A stretch of DNA of 63,453 bases, counting the filler, from Octopus bimaculoides (Eukaryota): the NCBI RefSeq assembly GCF_001194135.2. It is 4 parts of 4 records of this genome, joined end to end, with 100 filler letters (N's around TTAATTAATTAA, not from the genome) between each part and the next. Parts side by side here need not be neighbours in the genome. Positions count along the whole stretch, not along the records: positions 19,649 to 43,461 come from NC_068992.1; positions 43,562 to 62,178 come from NC_069001.1; 2 more parts are not named here. One strand, 5' to 3'. The position numbers and the translations under genes are program-made. Positions 38,108 to 52,273 of this stretch are shown in pieces; the first letter of the stretch is position 1, and each line of letters opens with the position of its first letter. The notes beneath the pieces are model-generated. The model did no database searches and was not told where the DNA came from. It was given only the letters and a program-made list of their open reading frames with translations.

Positions 38108-39002
38108 TTCAGGATTCAAGTGAATCAGGTACTTAAATGGTAGTTAAGTACCTAATTCACTAGTTAGTATGCTAGACAACAATCGTCTTCGTCGTCCCAC
38201 ATCGTACTCTTTACAGTGCGTTGGCGACACAACGAAAGTCTTCTCGATTAATTGCGAGTTCTCCCATCGGATGAAGCCATAACGGAACGTCGTTCTGAAT
38301 TTCTCATAACATTTACTCGATAGAGAAAATGAGGGCAGGTTGCCATTGCCTTTGGCAACTGGATGGCCGTTGGCCCACAAGCAATTCATCCGGCCTTCCA
38401 CGGGTCTTGTTATTACTCTTGCTGGGTATCAAGACATCCTCCTTACAAGAGTAGCAAACTATTCAAGTGAGTTGGGGGTTTAGTCACCGATCACTTGATC
38501 ATGAAATAGGCAATACTGGCGTATATTGTACCATTTTCAGATCTCAGCAATCTGAGATGAGATTCGTGACCCACAATACACAGCGGCAATTCTGCCGGCT
38601 TCTTATGTTCTGTGTTCAAATACTACCGAGGTCGATTTTATTTTTCGTTTGTCCGGAGTAAAAAAAAATAAATAAATACCACTTGAACACTGGAGTCGAT
38701 GCAAATGACTCCCCCCCCCCTCTTCTCAAAATTGCTGGTCTTACGCGAAGATTAGAAAAAAATTATTTTAATTGATGGTACTGTTGCTAGTTTTATTACT
38801 CTTTTGTAATTACAGGTGTCGATGTGGTCGCTGTTGCCACCACTGCGGCTATCACTAATGCCTACCTATATATTATACAGAACCAATGTTTTCTTCTTAC
38901 ATTCCATCTTTAAAAACAAACAAAATCAACAAGGACTACAACAGTAACGACAACAACAGCAACCACCACTACAACTACTTCTAGATCTACTACTCCCATA
39001 AT

Positions 39003-39051
<49 letters not shown>

Positions 39052-39546
39052 GCTACCACCACTACCACCATCACTAGTAGTAGTAGTAGTAGTAGTATAG
39101 AAAATGGTTAATTGCTGGCAATCAATCCGATGTAATTTCTTTTCTCTGTATTCCTTTTAAACGGCAACAGTTCCCCTGGAAATGTCTGCAGGTTTTGCAA
39201 TAAATTCTACGATCATTCGTCACAGACAAACCGGAACCATTAACCTAATTCCATTAAGCACCGCAATACACATTCTTTCTTTCTTACACATATTGATCTT
39301 TCGGATTTTTTTCTCTTGCTATTTAAAATTTCGATTTCAAATTAACGTTTCTATTTTAATAAACAATTTCTTTAAGAAACATCAACAACAACAACAACAT
39401 AGAAAGGCCTAGTTGTTTCTATTATTTTATTGTTTATTTTATTTGTTGTTATTTTGGTTTTGGTTTTGGTTTTGGTTTTTGGAATGGGGGAGTGCAGCAA
39501 TCAACTTCGATAAATCAGCTCAATAAATAAATAGATAGATGAATAA

Positions 39547-39570
39547 ATGATGACTGCTACTACTGCTGAA

Positions 39571-39603
<33 letters not shown>

Positions 39604-39716
39604 AATGATGATGATGATGATGATGATGATGTTGATGATGATGTCGACGACGACGACGGCGATGGTGATCATGGTCAGTGCGGCGACGATGGCAATATTG
39701 AAAACTTATCGTCATC

Positions 39717-39748
<32 letters not shown>

Positions 39749-40030
39749 CATCACCATCACCATCATTACCATCCTCTGTATGTCAAGAAAGCTACCATTA
39801 CGATGATGATGGCGATAATTATGATGTTAATGACGATAATATTGTTGACGCTAATGATAACGAGAGTGTGCATTCGGAGGAACATGATGAGAAAGAGTAG
39901 GGGGAGGAAGAGGAGGAGGAGGGGGAAAAGGTAAGGAAGGAGGAAGACGACGACGATGATTGCAGTTATAATTGATAGTGGTAATGATGCTGATTATGAT
40001 GATGATGAAGATGACAGTGACGACAACGAC
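39547..40030 (+). repeat. (GAT)n/(CAT)n/(GAG)n low-complexity block
   Basis: Direct reading. Produces spurious poly-D/M/H/S ORFs. Confidence 0.9.
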
Positions 40031-40299
40031 GATGTGGACAATCTAAAAGATACAACGTCACTTTATGATCTGCAAAAACGTTCCTCCTGTCTCTATCTGA
40101 CCACGTCATAAGTACAGGAACCATAAATTCCATCGAAAGACCTAAAAATCTAGTATGGCCAGATTGTGTCGAGACCAAACCTGAATCTCGTTTGTCTCTA
40201 CGGAAGACATGTACGTAGTCACTTTGTCTTTTAGGGAAACCCTACGTTCAAATATAGAGGAACACATTGTATAATGTACTGCATCAATGGTATGAAATG

Positions 40300-41150
40300 T
40301 GTGTCATTTTTAAACTTGTCTATATTGTCTCACAGAAAAGCATCTTCCTTTCAAAGGACGCTCTGGAAATACCTTGAGAATCATTATAAAAGTGGTTCAG
40401 TTGTCCTTCAGTATCCAGCGCAGAATAGAACAGATGACGATTACATTTTCCATTGTTTTCTTCGTACAACGCCCCGCAAAATTTCTCCTTGAGGTAGTTG
40501 CTTGTGATTTTGTTAATTACAGTAATGAAATTATGTAATGAGCAATGCAAGTGATCACTAAGGGGTTTTTTTGTAACTAAATATTAGCCCATAAATCATG
40601 CAACGCAATGCCAATACATCGGCAAAGATTTATTTTTTATGTCCAATGAATTCACGGTGGTATAACATAATCAACATAATTCTATCACTGCCAGCTGTTA
40701 TTCTGTTTGTAAAAACGAAGCCCCTTTCATTTTGAAAAAAATAATAGCCCTTCGACAAGAAGAAATATCGACTCTTCTACAGAATCTATTACCAAATATG
40801 TGGCCAACAATAACTCTTGGGTTATTTTCTATTCTTTTTAGCCTAATAGCAGAGCTTCATTCACTGGCAGGGTTGATAAATCGAGCCGTAACAAAGATTC
40901 GGCAGTTTACAAAAAAATTATGTCTTCCATATCGTTTGCCCATTTCGTCAATTCATCTCTGTATTATGTTATTGCTTGCAGGAATGTTATTGATTATAAA
41001 AGTCGATGGTTTGTGCATCGCAGTACGTAGAACCTCACTAACAGCAAACAGGATCGATTCTCCGCCAATAATTTTAAGCTTTAAGGATTTGATAGCCAGT
41101 AAAAAATTTTAAAGGGCCTGTAACCCATCGTATTCTTGCATTTTTGAGAC
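40300..41150 (-). mobile_element. hAT Buster/Charlie-like transposase relic (SCAND3/ZBED5-type)
   Basis: Minus-strand frames give GESILFAVSEVLRTAMHKP...IPASNNIIQR*IDEM, RLDLSTLPVNEALLL, ITQELLLA, VLALRCMI, ITVINKITSN...YEENNGKCNRHL. These are colinear with recalled Buster-type motifs (SNNTVQRRIDEM, QLDESTL, HCVIH, NKIKSN). Many stops and frameshifts. Confidence 0.75.
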
Positions 41151-41569
41151 GATAATTGACAACGTCGACTGATAGCAAAATTGGTCTCAAAGTGTTTCAA
41201 AATAAGATAAAGTTTTGTCTTGCCAGTATTAATATTTTTCTGCTATTCATGTAATCATAAATCTTTTGTAGATTCACTGGGAAAAAAATCACGTACACAC
41301 ACAATAGCGAGAATCAAAATAATGATCTCCCTATTCATTCTTAGTTCGTTCCGAGAGAGCCCAACATGAATATATTAATCGCTGAAGAGGGGGGCTTTGA
41401 CTGCAGAAACACCATCAGATCGAAATACCATGGTGCATCAATATCGAGTGTGTTGTGAACAGATATTGTCTAAATGGAAAGGGTGTTCTCTGAAGACGAA
41501 ACATAACGGAGATTAATATATTCAGCTTCGGATTTACTGAAACGTGTTAAGAATAAATAGATACATCAC

Positions 41570-41724
41570 TAAAAGAATGCTTAGCGGTGTCTTTACGTTC
41601 TGACTTTGCCATCCATCCTTTCTAGATCGATAAAATAAGTACCAGTTGAACACTGGGGTTGATGTAATCAAATTAACCCCGCCTCAAAAAGAATTTCTGG
41701 CCTGGTGCCGAAATTTGAAACCAA

Positions 41725-41725
<1 letters not shown>
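41570..41725 (+). mobile_element. SINE family B with (TAG)n tail
   Basis: ATGCTTAGCGGTGTCTTTACGTTCTG...TAAGTACCAGTTGAACACTGGGGTTGATG. Confidence 0.82.
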
Positions 41726-41772
<47 letters not shown>

Positions 41773-41788
41773 CAGCAGCAGCAGCAGT

Positions 41789-41863
<75 letters not shown>
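41726..41863 (+). repeat. compound (TAG)n(CAG)n(TAG)n microsatellite
   Basis: Direct reading. Confidence 0.95.
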
Positions 41864-41864
<1 letters not shown>

Positions 41865-42779
41865 ATGGCCATTCAACAAAATCATGTTAACATTTGCTCA
41901 CAAAGAAGATCAAGATTTTTAGGCATTAGTAATTTCTATTCTCTGCCCGTTACTCCAAGACCATCTTTGCACCATCCTTTGCCTTCCAACGCTTCCTGCT
42001 ACCCCTATAAACCGCTAACGTTCCCTTGAGGTGACAGAGTCCAGTTCTGGAGGGAACAGCTGTATCTACGGGTTTTTGCTGGTTGTCCGTAATCGATGAA
42101 ATACGCCACGACAGAATCAAAAGATGCGCGTGAACCTGATTGGTCGGAGAACTGGTCAATCAGAATTCACCTGTGGACCAATCGACAATAAGAACAAAAA
42201 TAACAAAAGGCCACTAACAACAACAAGAATAATAACAACAATAATAACCTGAATTCGTCTAAAATACATTAGACATGCTGATGCAATCCCAGAAATAGAC
42301 AAGAAAAATGAATTGCATGTTATACAAGAGGACAATTGACTCAAGTATGCATGTATGTGCGTTTATATGCCTGTTTGTATGTATAATAACATGTATGTGT
42401 ATGTATGTATATATATATATATNNNNNNNNNNNNNNNNNNNNNNNNNNNNNNNNNNNNNNNNNNNNNNNNNNNNNNNNNNNNNNNNNNNNNNNNNNNNNN
42501 NNNNNNNNNNNNNNNNNNNNNNNNNNNNNNNNNNNNNNNNNNNNNNNNNNNNNNNNNNNNNNNNNNNNNNNNNNNNNNNNNNNNNNNNNNNNNNNNNNNN
42601 NNNNNNNNNNNNNNNNNNNNNNNNNNNNNNNNNNNNNNNNNNNNNNNNNNNNNNNNNNNNNNNNNNNNNNNNNNNNNNNNNNNNNNNNNNNNNNNNNNNN
42701 NNNNNNNNNNNNNNNNNNNNNNNNNNNNNNNNNNNNNNNNNNNNNNNNNNNNNNNNNNNNNNNNNNNNNNNNTATATGC

Positions 42780-42812
<33 letters not shown>

Positions 42813-43417
42813 CATACATACCCATATACATACATAAATACTTACGTGTATACATATGTGTATACACACACAAAGACACACACAAACACATGTACACACA
42901 CACATACACATCTATATATATATATATATATATATTGACATATATATTAAACGCACACAAAAATTTAGAGAAGCGATGTAAAAAGCTAATATGACAACAA
43001 ACTTTCAGGAATAGGATCTTGAGAAACTGGAATCAATCACCTAGGGAAAGATGATGTCGTATCAAAGTAAAAGCCAAAAAAAGATGAAAACAAGAGAGCA
43101 AAAATACAAAAAGAAAAAAGGAAAAAAAAACATATCATTTCAAGAATAGACTTGATAAATATTGATTTTCTACCATTGGCAGCATCTGAGGTAGATATTG
43201 TAAGGAAGTGTTGGGGTTATTGTATGAAACCAGTATTTATTTTATCAACCTGTCCTGACCCTCCATCACCACCTGGTCAATCAAAAGTCAACGTCAACCT
43301 CAATAAAGACGATATCAGGAAATTCCATCAGTCATTAACCAGAAACCATTTGCATAACCTTTTTAAGAATGCTATGTAACAAGCGAATCATTCTTCAATA
43401 AGATCATGAGACGTGTA

Positions 43418-43453
<36 letters not shown>

Positions 43454-43639
43454 TATATATANNNNNNNNNNNNNNNNNNNNNNNNNNNNNNNNNNNNNNN
43501 NNNNNTTAATTAATTAANNNNNNNNNNNNNNNNNNNNNNNNNNNNNNNNNNNNNNNNNNNNTATATATATATGTATGTATGTATGTATATGATTATATGT
43601 ATATATATATATATATATATGTGTATGTATATATGTATG

Positions 43640-43820
43640 TGTGCGTATCTTTCCGTCTGCCCCCCCCCCATCTCTGCTTGACAATCGGTGTTGTGTTTAT
43701 GAACCCGAAAATTGTTAGTTTCTAAAAGCGACCGATGGGATAAGTACTAGGTTTAAAACAAAAGTCCTGGGGTCGATTCAATGTGGTGCTCCAGCATGGC
43801 TGCAGTCAAATGACTGAGAA
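43640..43820 (+). mobile_element. SINE family A, 3' half
   Basis: GATAAGTACTAGG...GTCCTGGGGTCGATT...GGTGCTCCAGCATGGC. Confidence 0.8.
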
Positions 43821-44947
43821 GAAGAAGAACAACAAAAGGAAGACTACTACAAAAATCTTTTCTAAAACGTATGATCCTTATCATTGTTGAAGTGGAGAAT
43901 TTACCACAAAACAAATAACAGCATCGTCAGTGTTACCTCGAGTGACATGATGAGTGAAGATCCGTAAGCTGAATAGGGAGTCTTTGAATACAACATCGTA
44001 TTACTCAGATAACCGAGCTAAGAACCAGGAACAATAACTGCATCAAACAAATGCTTTTAAAATTGAAGAAAACAATTATGCTTTGGAAATGCCTTTTTAA
44101 TTGACTCTCAATTCTCAATGAGTTTTCGTACTACTCCCAATTTCTGGATCTACTTACTTCAAGAAATCTCGGGAGAGAAATTACTCAAATCATGACGAAT
44201 TCCACACGGTTAGATGTTTTTACGAAAGCATGATGTCCTTCTCACGTACACTGCGTTCGTTTGCATACTATCCCATTGTCACTGTATACCTGTCATTCCA
44301 TGCGACCAGTTTATTCATTTGATTGTCTGAACACATATTTTCGGATTGTTCAAAATAATAGCAAGGAGCAGAATAATTCCCAGCATAATCTCCCAAGAAT
44401 TATTCGAATGTATCGTAACTCTATTACTTGGTTGCCTTCAACTCGGAAGGGAACATTCAGCAGTTTTAATGAGAAAGGAGTTCAATAAACGTGTATGAAG
44501 ATATTCAGCGCAGTACTAACAAGAAGGCTGCTATTAATGATAGCGAAAATTATACAATCTTAAAAGAATAAAAGAAATACTTTATAAGCGCCCAAAGACC
44601 AACGTGAACGCAATATATTTTGTAATTTAATGGTATTATCACTGTCTCCAAAGCTAATTGATTCGTAGAATCTCAACATATTCGCAGTATATTTGTAAAT
44701 TCTATATCACTGTTACCTCCAAACATTATTTCCACTTTCACTTTCGTTTTGTTCCTAGCCAACTACTTCTAGGTTTTCCTCCACTCTTTTGCTTCAGTTC
44801 TCTGTTCCTGTTACTACTCCATGTATTTCCAGGACTTTAGTTTGCATCTCGAGGCATATTTCCTATTTATAGTTAACCACACTTTGTAATCGCTCCCTGT
44901 GCAGAAAATAAATTATAAATATAATATTCGATTTATCTATTTACACA

Positions 44948-44983
<36 letters not shown>

Positions 44984-45079
44984 AGTTTGAGTCCCTCCTC
45001 TGTTTAGGTTTATAAAAAATAATCGCAATCTCAGTGCAAACCCATCGAAACGTACTTCAGATTTAAATATTTGTTCCAA

Positions 45080-45295
45080 ATGTTGGCACTAGGCCAGCAA
45101 TGTGTGTGTGTGTGGAGGGGAAGCACGCCAATTACATCGATCCCAGTGTTCAACTGGTACTTATTTCATAGACCACTAAAGGATGAATGGCAAGGCGGAC
45201 ATCGGTGGTATTTGAACGCAGAATAGGAACACAGACGAAATGCTGCCAAACATTCTTCCCAGCGTGCTGACGATTCTGCCAAAACGTCGCCATAA
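45080..45295 (-). mobile_element. SINE family B, diverged
   Basis: TTACATCGATCCCAGTGTTCAACTGGTACTTATT...GGATGAATGGC...CTGACGATTCTGCC. Confidence 0.8.
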
Positions 45296-46198
45296 ACTGC
45301 TAATTTAGATATTAAAGAAAACAAATTTAATTCCCTAAAAATATGTAGTGTTATCACAAAACTTGCGGTGAGTGCCATGAATGTTCAACATGTGAGCCAA
45401 AATATCAATGATATACTTACAGAAATTAAAACACCGAGAAAAATGCCCACAAGATATCATAAAATGCCCACAAGATATCATAAACTGTCGTAAAAACTGG
45501 GATATATTTCACCAGCGGAAGAAACGGCCATCTGATGTACTTCATATCTCGATATCCGGTAGAACTGAAATTCACACAACGCTCCTCCATAAAAATTTCA
45601 CTAGCCAGAAGCACAATTATACAATGCATAGAATGTTAAATGGTGGATAGGTCACCAGCCACCAAGTAATTGCTAAAGTGGGATTGTAGCCTGTTCGCTT
45701 TGGCTAAGTCAAAATGTTTTTTGTTTAATATTTTTTCCTTCTCACTTGGATTGTTTAAATGTAGTTACAACAGTAATATGTCCTTCTACTAAAATCAAAT
45801 TTCAGTAAAAATGTTCTGTACCTTTGTGCAGCTGACGCTTGCTCTGCATCTTACATTTAATGTAATGCTCGCATTGCTTAAATGGAGTCGCATGAAACGA
45901 TCTTACTGCAGTAACCTTAAATATCCTTGTTGCTTTTCTTTGATTTTATATATATACATTAGTGGCTAGGATGTTGCCCTCACGATCGCTACATCGTGGG
46001 TTCGATTTACTGATTGGGCAGTGTGTTGTGTTCTTAAGCAAAGCACTTAACGTTGCTCCTACTCCCTTTGGTTTAAGAAATGTTGGCCTCTGCGCCCAGA
46101 TAGCGGGGTGGAGTCATATGAAGGCTGAAATAAAGCGTATTGTAGCCAGCGATGTGTAACAACCCCCAATCACGTGATTACGTGATACATGTATATAG

Positions 46199-46243
<45 letters not shown>

Positions 46244-46518
46244 TGTGTACACCTGTATATGCGTATGGGTGAATCTTCACAATAAATTGGTTTTGTACAA
46301 TTTCAATGTTTCTGTTTTTTTTTTCATGCCCCTCCTCACACATAAAAATCACACTCAACTTTTAACTTCTGAAAATACGTTTAATACTCTGAATAAAATT
46401 ATTTAGACTCCTTCAGATGTTCCGATATGATTGATAGGATAGATTTTATGTATGATTTTATTAATAATATTTCTCTGTATACACTTGTATATATGTATAT
46501 ACCAATTAGTTATATATT

Positions 46519-46551
<33 letters not shown>

Positions 46552-49138
46552 ATGTGTGTGTGCATGTGTGTGTAAAAAAATCTCTCTGGTACTATTCACG
46601 ACATCTGAGACTTTTCATGAACACTTGATATATACATAATTAATTATGCTTTTTCATATTTTATCAATCATTTAAAAGTCTTTGATTTGTCTTCCTTTCA
46701 CAAGTAATTCTTATGTTAAGGGTGATGCTTATCTGCAATAGTTTCCTAAACTTTCCCTCTATGTTTTCTAGCAGGCAAACACCTATATTTTATGTACTTA
46801 ATTTATCATATGCTCAATCTTCATGTTAATGAAGTTTACCCTATGTTTATTCGATACACTTCTTTGTTTATAGTCTACTTATATATCTATAGTCATGGTT
46901 TGGGTGTATAAGTCCTAGATATAATTATACATCACACAAAATACTGGAATCATCTGTTTGCTGATTGTAGCTCAAAAAAGAAGATAAATTTGAACACGGT
47001 TCCATTGAAGCTAACAGATTAATCAGATATAAATTCATTGATTTTGTTTCTTTCTAGAAAAATTCTTATAACTTAGCACCTGTCATTTAAATGTTGCAGA
47101 AGTACCTGGTTTGATGTTACAATATTTTCCATTTACATTCTAAATTTCTAGCTTTTCCTTTCCTCTCATACGTAACTTATACATTTAAAGTAATTACGAC
47201 TACACTATATTTCACTCGTTTCGATGTTTAGTTAATGTAAGGCTGTCTACCTCCTGCATATACATATGTATGAGAGGCTTAAAAGATATTGGTAGTGTCA
47301 TTATTTTTTTCAGAAATATAAAGCCCTGATTATAATCTTGTCTGCGATCGTGAATATATTTTTGAAAATTACAGATAATGATGACGGGAGAACGGATCGA
47401 AAAAAAACACGCTGGAAATATATTATTTTTAATATGCATTCTAAATATAAAATTAATCATCTGTAAAATCGTGACCGTAACAGTTACGACTAAGCTAAGT
47501 ATTTAGGATATTTAAAGTTTACTATGCTATTTTACATTGTGAGAATATTATATCGTTAAAGGTTTAATTTATGTATAAATAAATGTGCTGGAGGAAATAA
47601 CTAAAATATACCATGTACGTGTTAAGGTCTGATATACAGAATGTCATACGCAGAGACTTATGAATTAATTGAAATTATTTGCTTAGTATGGGAATGAAAA
47701 CTAACACGCAGAGAAAATCGGGATAATAATTGATATATACAATTCAACTACGAAAGACATTTGAAGAAAATATTTTTAAAAATATATTGAAAATTAATCA
47801 CATTCAGTTTTGTGATTCTTCCATCTTTAGCTAAAATTAAAATTTCCATTATCGAAATATTTTGCATGCAAAATGTCTCTCTTGAAAAAAAAAAAGATTG
47901 ACTGCGAATTTAACTGACCAATGGTTCAAAACATGTTTTTAATATAAATTTATACACCTATCACAGATTGGCTCTTTTTCTGTAATTTCATGTGGATTCT
48001 TGAGATGATACTTATTTATGCGTGTGTTTCTTTCTGTTGTGCCGTACAACATCGGGTATGGTATTGTCTAGGTAAATGTAGACCAGCTTATTACGAGTAT
48101 TAAAGGTAGTAATTTGAAATATCATTGGTCAATATCTACTTCCATAATCTTCTTTCCGTCTTTGTAGTCTGGTTTTCTTCAGGCTACCACTGTATAGAAA
48201 TAATGAACTGTTCATGCAGGTTAGCTTATCAGTGAAATCATTTTCGATATGCTATTGAGAAAAAAGTATTTCGTTAAGCTGAGCCTGTATCCAAAACAGC
48301 TAATAAAAATGAGATCCGTTCATCTTAGTAAAATTTCATTAATGTCACTCATTAGTTTTGTGCCTCCAGCTCTAAGGACAAAAGCAGAACACATGGCTCC
48401 AACAAATAAACTATTTTACAGTTCATCATAAAACGGTTTTACTGTCTTATATGCCAAAGACAGAACTTCAGCAGGTAACTGTATTCAGTGTCCATCCCTT
48501 TTACTCTGGAGAATATATGATAGCTATCTAGTAGTTGTTTTTGTAGCAAATTAGACAATAGGTGACCAAGTTATATATTTCCCCTTACCTATCACACAAA
48601 AGTTGAGACAGTCTCCTGTTTTCAACATGACCTAACCACAGAATCGATATTTCATGCAGTGCAGCAATTTCAGTTATGTTTGCTTAATTTCTGTGCGACA
48701 TAAGCCGATTTTCTCTAACAACAGGAGCCGTCACCCTGCAGATTTCGTGTATTCAAATATTTAACATTCAGCTGCTTCTTGACAGCTTTCTTAATAGAAT
48801 TGGTACATTTGATAATGACTGAATAAAATCTACATTTTATAAAATTTAACTGCCCCGTTGTGAAAGAAAATACCTGAATATTTTCGAAGCATAAGCAAAT
48901 TTTCAAATTATACAAAGGAGACTACATTATTCATTTTCTGTCTTCCTTAGTATTAGAAAGAGAGTACTATATTTTAGATGACTATTAGACTAATTAGTAA
49001 TTTTTATAGTTTTAAACATAAACAGTTCTTCCGACATATTTATGGTGCAACTTCATTTCTTAATCTCAGCATATCTTTTTAATATATAAGTGGAACAGAA
49101 TAAGCTACTTGCAAGAGATATTTCTACTTCAACGAAGA

Positions 49139-49375
49139 GGTATAAGGGCAAAATTCAGCCGAGGACAAAATCTATCAGGGACAAAATCCCAGAGGACAAA
49201 TTTTACACAAAAATATCAATTAATGAATATTAATTTTTTTTTTAACAATATTTCACTATCCTAAAATATTCTTATTGTAATGAAAGAACAATATCTTGGA
49301 GGATAGTTACTGCCGGAGGATTTCATCCGGGGATGGGAGTGGTATTTTGTGCGGGGTGGATTTTGTTCTAGTACC
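49139..49375. mobile_element. 237-bp MITE with GG-terminal TIRs and 9-bp TSD (Merlin-like)
   Basis: Left end GGTATAAGGGCAAAATTCA versus reverse complement of the right end GGTACTAGAACAAAATCCA (14/19). Subterminal GGACAAAAT/ATTTTGT repeats. Flanks CAACGAAGA (49130-49138) and CACCGAAGA (49376-49384). Confidence 0.65.
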
Positions 49376-50429
49376 CACCGAAGATGTAGACGTCAGCTGT
49401 ATCTGCGAGGAGGCTGCACACTTGTGTTATTGAATTGAGATATGGAGCTGTCTTGTGGACATGGGCGCTATCAGCTCCTCAGAAAATAACAGGGACATGC
49501 CATTTAAACTATCACAGCAGGTGAAACGATTATTATTGGCTACATAGACCATGTAACACCAACAACTAATCATCAACATTTTTTAAACTCTTCTAAGTTT
49601 CGGGCGCAATTTTGAATAGGAACGTTCTTGTAATTTATGGCAAATTTGCAATATGATATATATTTCTTTACATGGATAAATATGCGGATCTTCCTGAAGG
49701 TTTTAATTCTTTTTCCTCAAGTCTTTTCAGATAATCCAAATTTCTTTTCATTAAATTGTCTGTAATTTGTGGGTTAGTTCTCCTAAATTTCTTCATTGTC
49801 TGCGTTTCTTTACTTTTGCAGAAACGCTGGTCATACAATTGTCTTTCAATCATTCTTCCATATATTTTACCAATATATCATTTTTCAGCTCCTTAAGTAT
49901 ATTAGAGACATTTTTTTTTCTCTGTAGATATTCTAATAATCCAAAGTTATTTCACATTGCACATATTGTGTTGTTTACATAGGAACTGCTAGAATGTTTG
50001 AGTTCATTGATCTTTTCGGACAAATTATATTCTCCTGTAAGCTTTTATTATTTTGCAATGACAGTAGAAATCACGTTTGTTTTATTTACGGTAAATGTTC
50101 ATAAAATGCTTCTATGAAAACTCCTCCTATGTATGCTTTAACGATATCATTTTATGTACGATTTAGCGTTGTTTTAAATTTATTTCCATGTTCTAAATTT
50201 ATTAATTTCTTTAAGGTGTCATTTTAGTAAAATTTTGTGTTTCGGATCATTCGGCTAGATATAATCTCGAATACTTAATGCATGAGGTTTTGGATCGTCT
50301 TTATCATTTATTAATCGTGTGAGTGGGTGTATCTTACGCTCTATAGTAAATAACTATCGTCTCGAATCCATTTGTCCCTCGAATTTCCATTGAACATTTT
50401 GGTGGAGTAGTTTCCTGGTTGTTCATATG

Positions 50430-51440
50430 TCCATATACAGGAGACAAAATAAAGCCGTAACGAAAATATTGTTTATAAATTTGTAAGCATATTTAGAAGA
50501 AAATTGCGAAGTATTCCTCAGCAAGCTTTTGCTGATTTAGAATAGAAATTAGTAAGATATGAGAACAAATGGAAAGACAATTTCGCTTTTGGACACTTTG
50601 ATCATTCAGGAAAATGAGATGATTGCAACTGACATTTATGGAAAAGAGACTGGCACAAACGAATCAGTAGGTTTTTTATACTGTCATCTATGACTTACAA
50701 AGCAGGAAATCTTGTTTAATATAGTAATTAGTAGATGTACTGTAGTTAATAAGCAACCGAACGAGAACTTCTTCCATGTCGACACCTGGAAGAGTTTAAA
50801 ATATTCCTGCTGGACAAAAATATCTGTTATCCATGGTCTAAATATCCAAACGTCTAAATATTGAAACTTTGATTCAAGTAGAAACCACCATAGTAAATAT
50901 GATAATACGTAAAATAAGATTCTGTAGGAGTTTTCCTTCCATTACAGGATCCACAACTTCTTACAATCAACAAAACAGGAATGAAATCTAAAGAATATTA
51001 TTCAGATGTTACAGAATATTAAACATTGGAATCAACTGCCTATTTTTTTTTAATGAATATTAACAAATGAGAAACGTATACTGACAGAAAAAAATACGGA
51101 AATAGTAAAATAGGAACGCAGTGAACTCACATTATATTCGTGCAGAAACGTGTAATTTAAAAGTTAAGCAGCGAAAACATGTCAAATACTCTTATTTGAA
51201 GCAAATCAATCTTAATACAGATCAGTCTTCAAATAGAAACAACGTTAATTTACCGTGTCATGGTACATGAACAAGAGATCAGATGATGGTTACGTTTTAT
51301 GGGACTGTTATATGTTATGCACGTTAAGATTTTTCTGCAAAAAGAAAGTTCAAATTATTAGCCTTTAAATGAAAGATGAAAATGGAAATCTTCGAAAGAG
51401 TAGAAGAATATCGTATAAACAATTTTAGTCTACAATGAAA
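50430..51440 (+). mobile_element. decayed Penelope-like retroelement (RT thumb to GIY-YIG region)
   Basis: Reads ISLLDTLIIQENEMIATDIYGKETGTN...CHL*LTKQEILFNI..SRCTVV, EEFKIFLL, and later YRVMVHEQEIR. Colinear with recalled PLE motifs FLD..I...TD.Y.K.T.T...HP..K and R...H...IR. Confidence 0.6.
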
Positions 51441-52236
51441 CAAAAAAAATGCGTATCCGAGAGGAACAGAACTCTTATTTGAATAATAATAAAGAAAATT
51501 TTGAATTTTATATTAGGTCTTCGGAGATGATGAGGACAAAAATCGACGAACATGTCTATAAAACATCTGCACTTTCTGATTGTGTTAAATAATTCTAATT
51601 CAAGATAAATAAGCGTTTTCAAATATTTTGTCTATACGAAGAAATGTTATTTAATATGTTATATATAAAATGCAGAAATGTTTGTCTATTTGAGTGATAG
51701 AGAGAGAGAGAGAGAGTAAGAAAGAGATTTAATATGCTTGTGTGGGTGTAAACATACACCTCTAATCTCTATCTTATACACACCCATATATATGCAAACA
51801 TACGCCCTCTCTCTCTCACACACAAACACGCACATTCACACACATTCACACACAAACGCACACATATATGTGCACACATACATAATATGTATATTCATAC
51901 ATTATATATGAATCTGTATGTTTCATTTCATTGATTTTTAAACTTACAAATTTCTCTGCTTTACTCTGGTGTAGTATAATGACTATTATTAATAATTATT
52001 ATTATCATTGTTCATTTTTACTTCTGTTTTTGTTTTAATTATTGTTCGAAAATATTTCATTCATTTTTCCCTGTGACTTCACCAAAAACAAACATAAATT
52101 CATTTCCGTGTGATGATTCTTACGTCAATATTATGGTTGAACGTCATGTACAAACTATCTAATTAATTTCTGAGATATAACAGGCGTTAGTATTATTTTT
52201 CCAAAAAATTTCAACTATTATTATTTATTATTATTA

Positions 52237-52273
<37 letters not shown>

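Noticed and set aside
39547-39934. Asp/Ser-rich and Met/His-rich ORFs resembling biomineralisation or acidic proteins
   Set aside because: All frames are open only because of (GAT)n/(CAT)n repeats; no splice context or unique coding signal.
41381-41500. Hammerhead-like CTGAAGA...GAAAC strings at ~41382 and ~41470
   Set aside because: Stem II cannot form or is absent, and there is no stem I/III support.
44100-44470. Possible RTE-like LINE relic on the minus strand
   Set aside because: Only a few residues of resemblance amid many stops; too weak to call.
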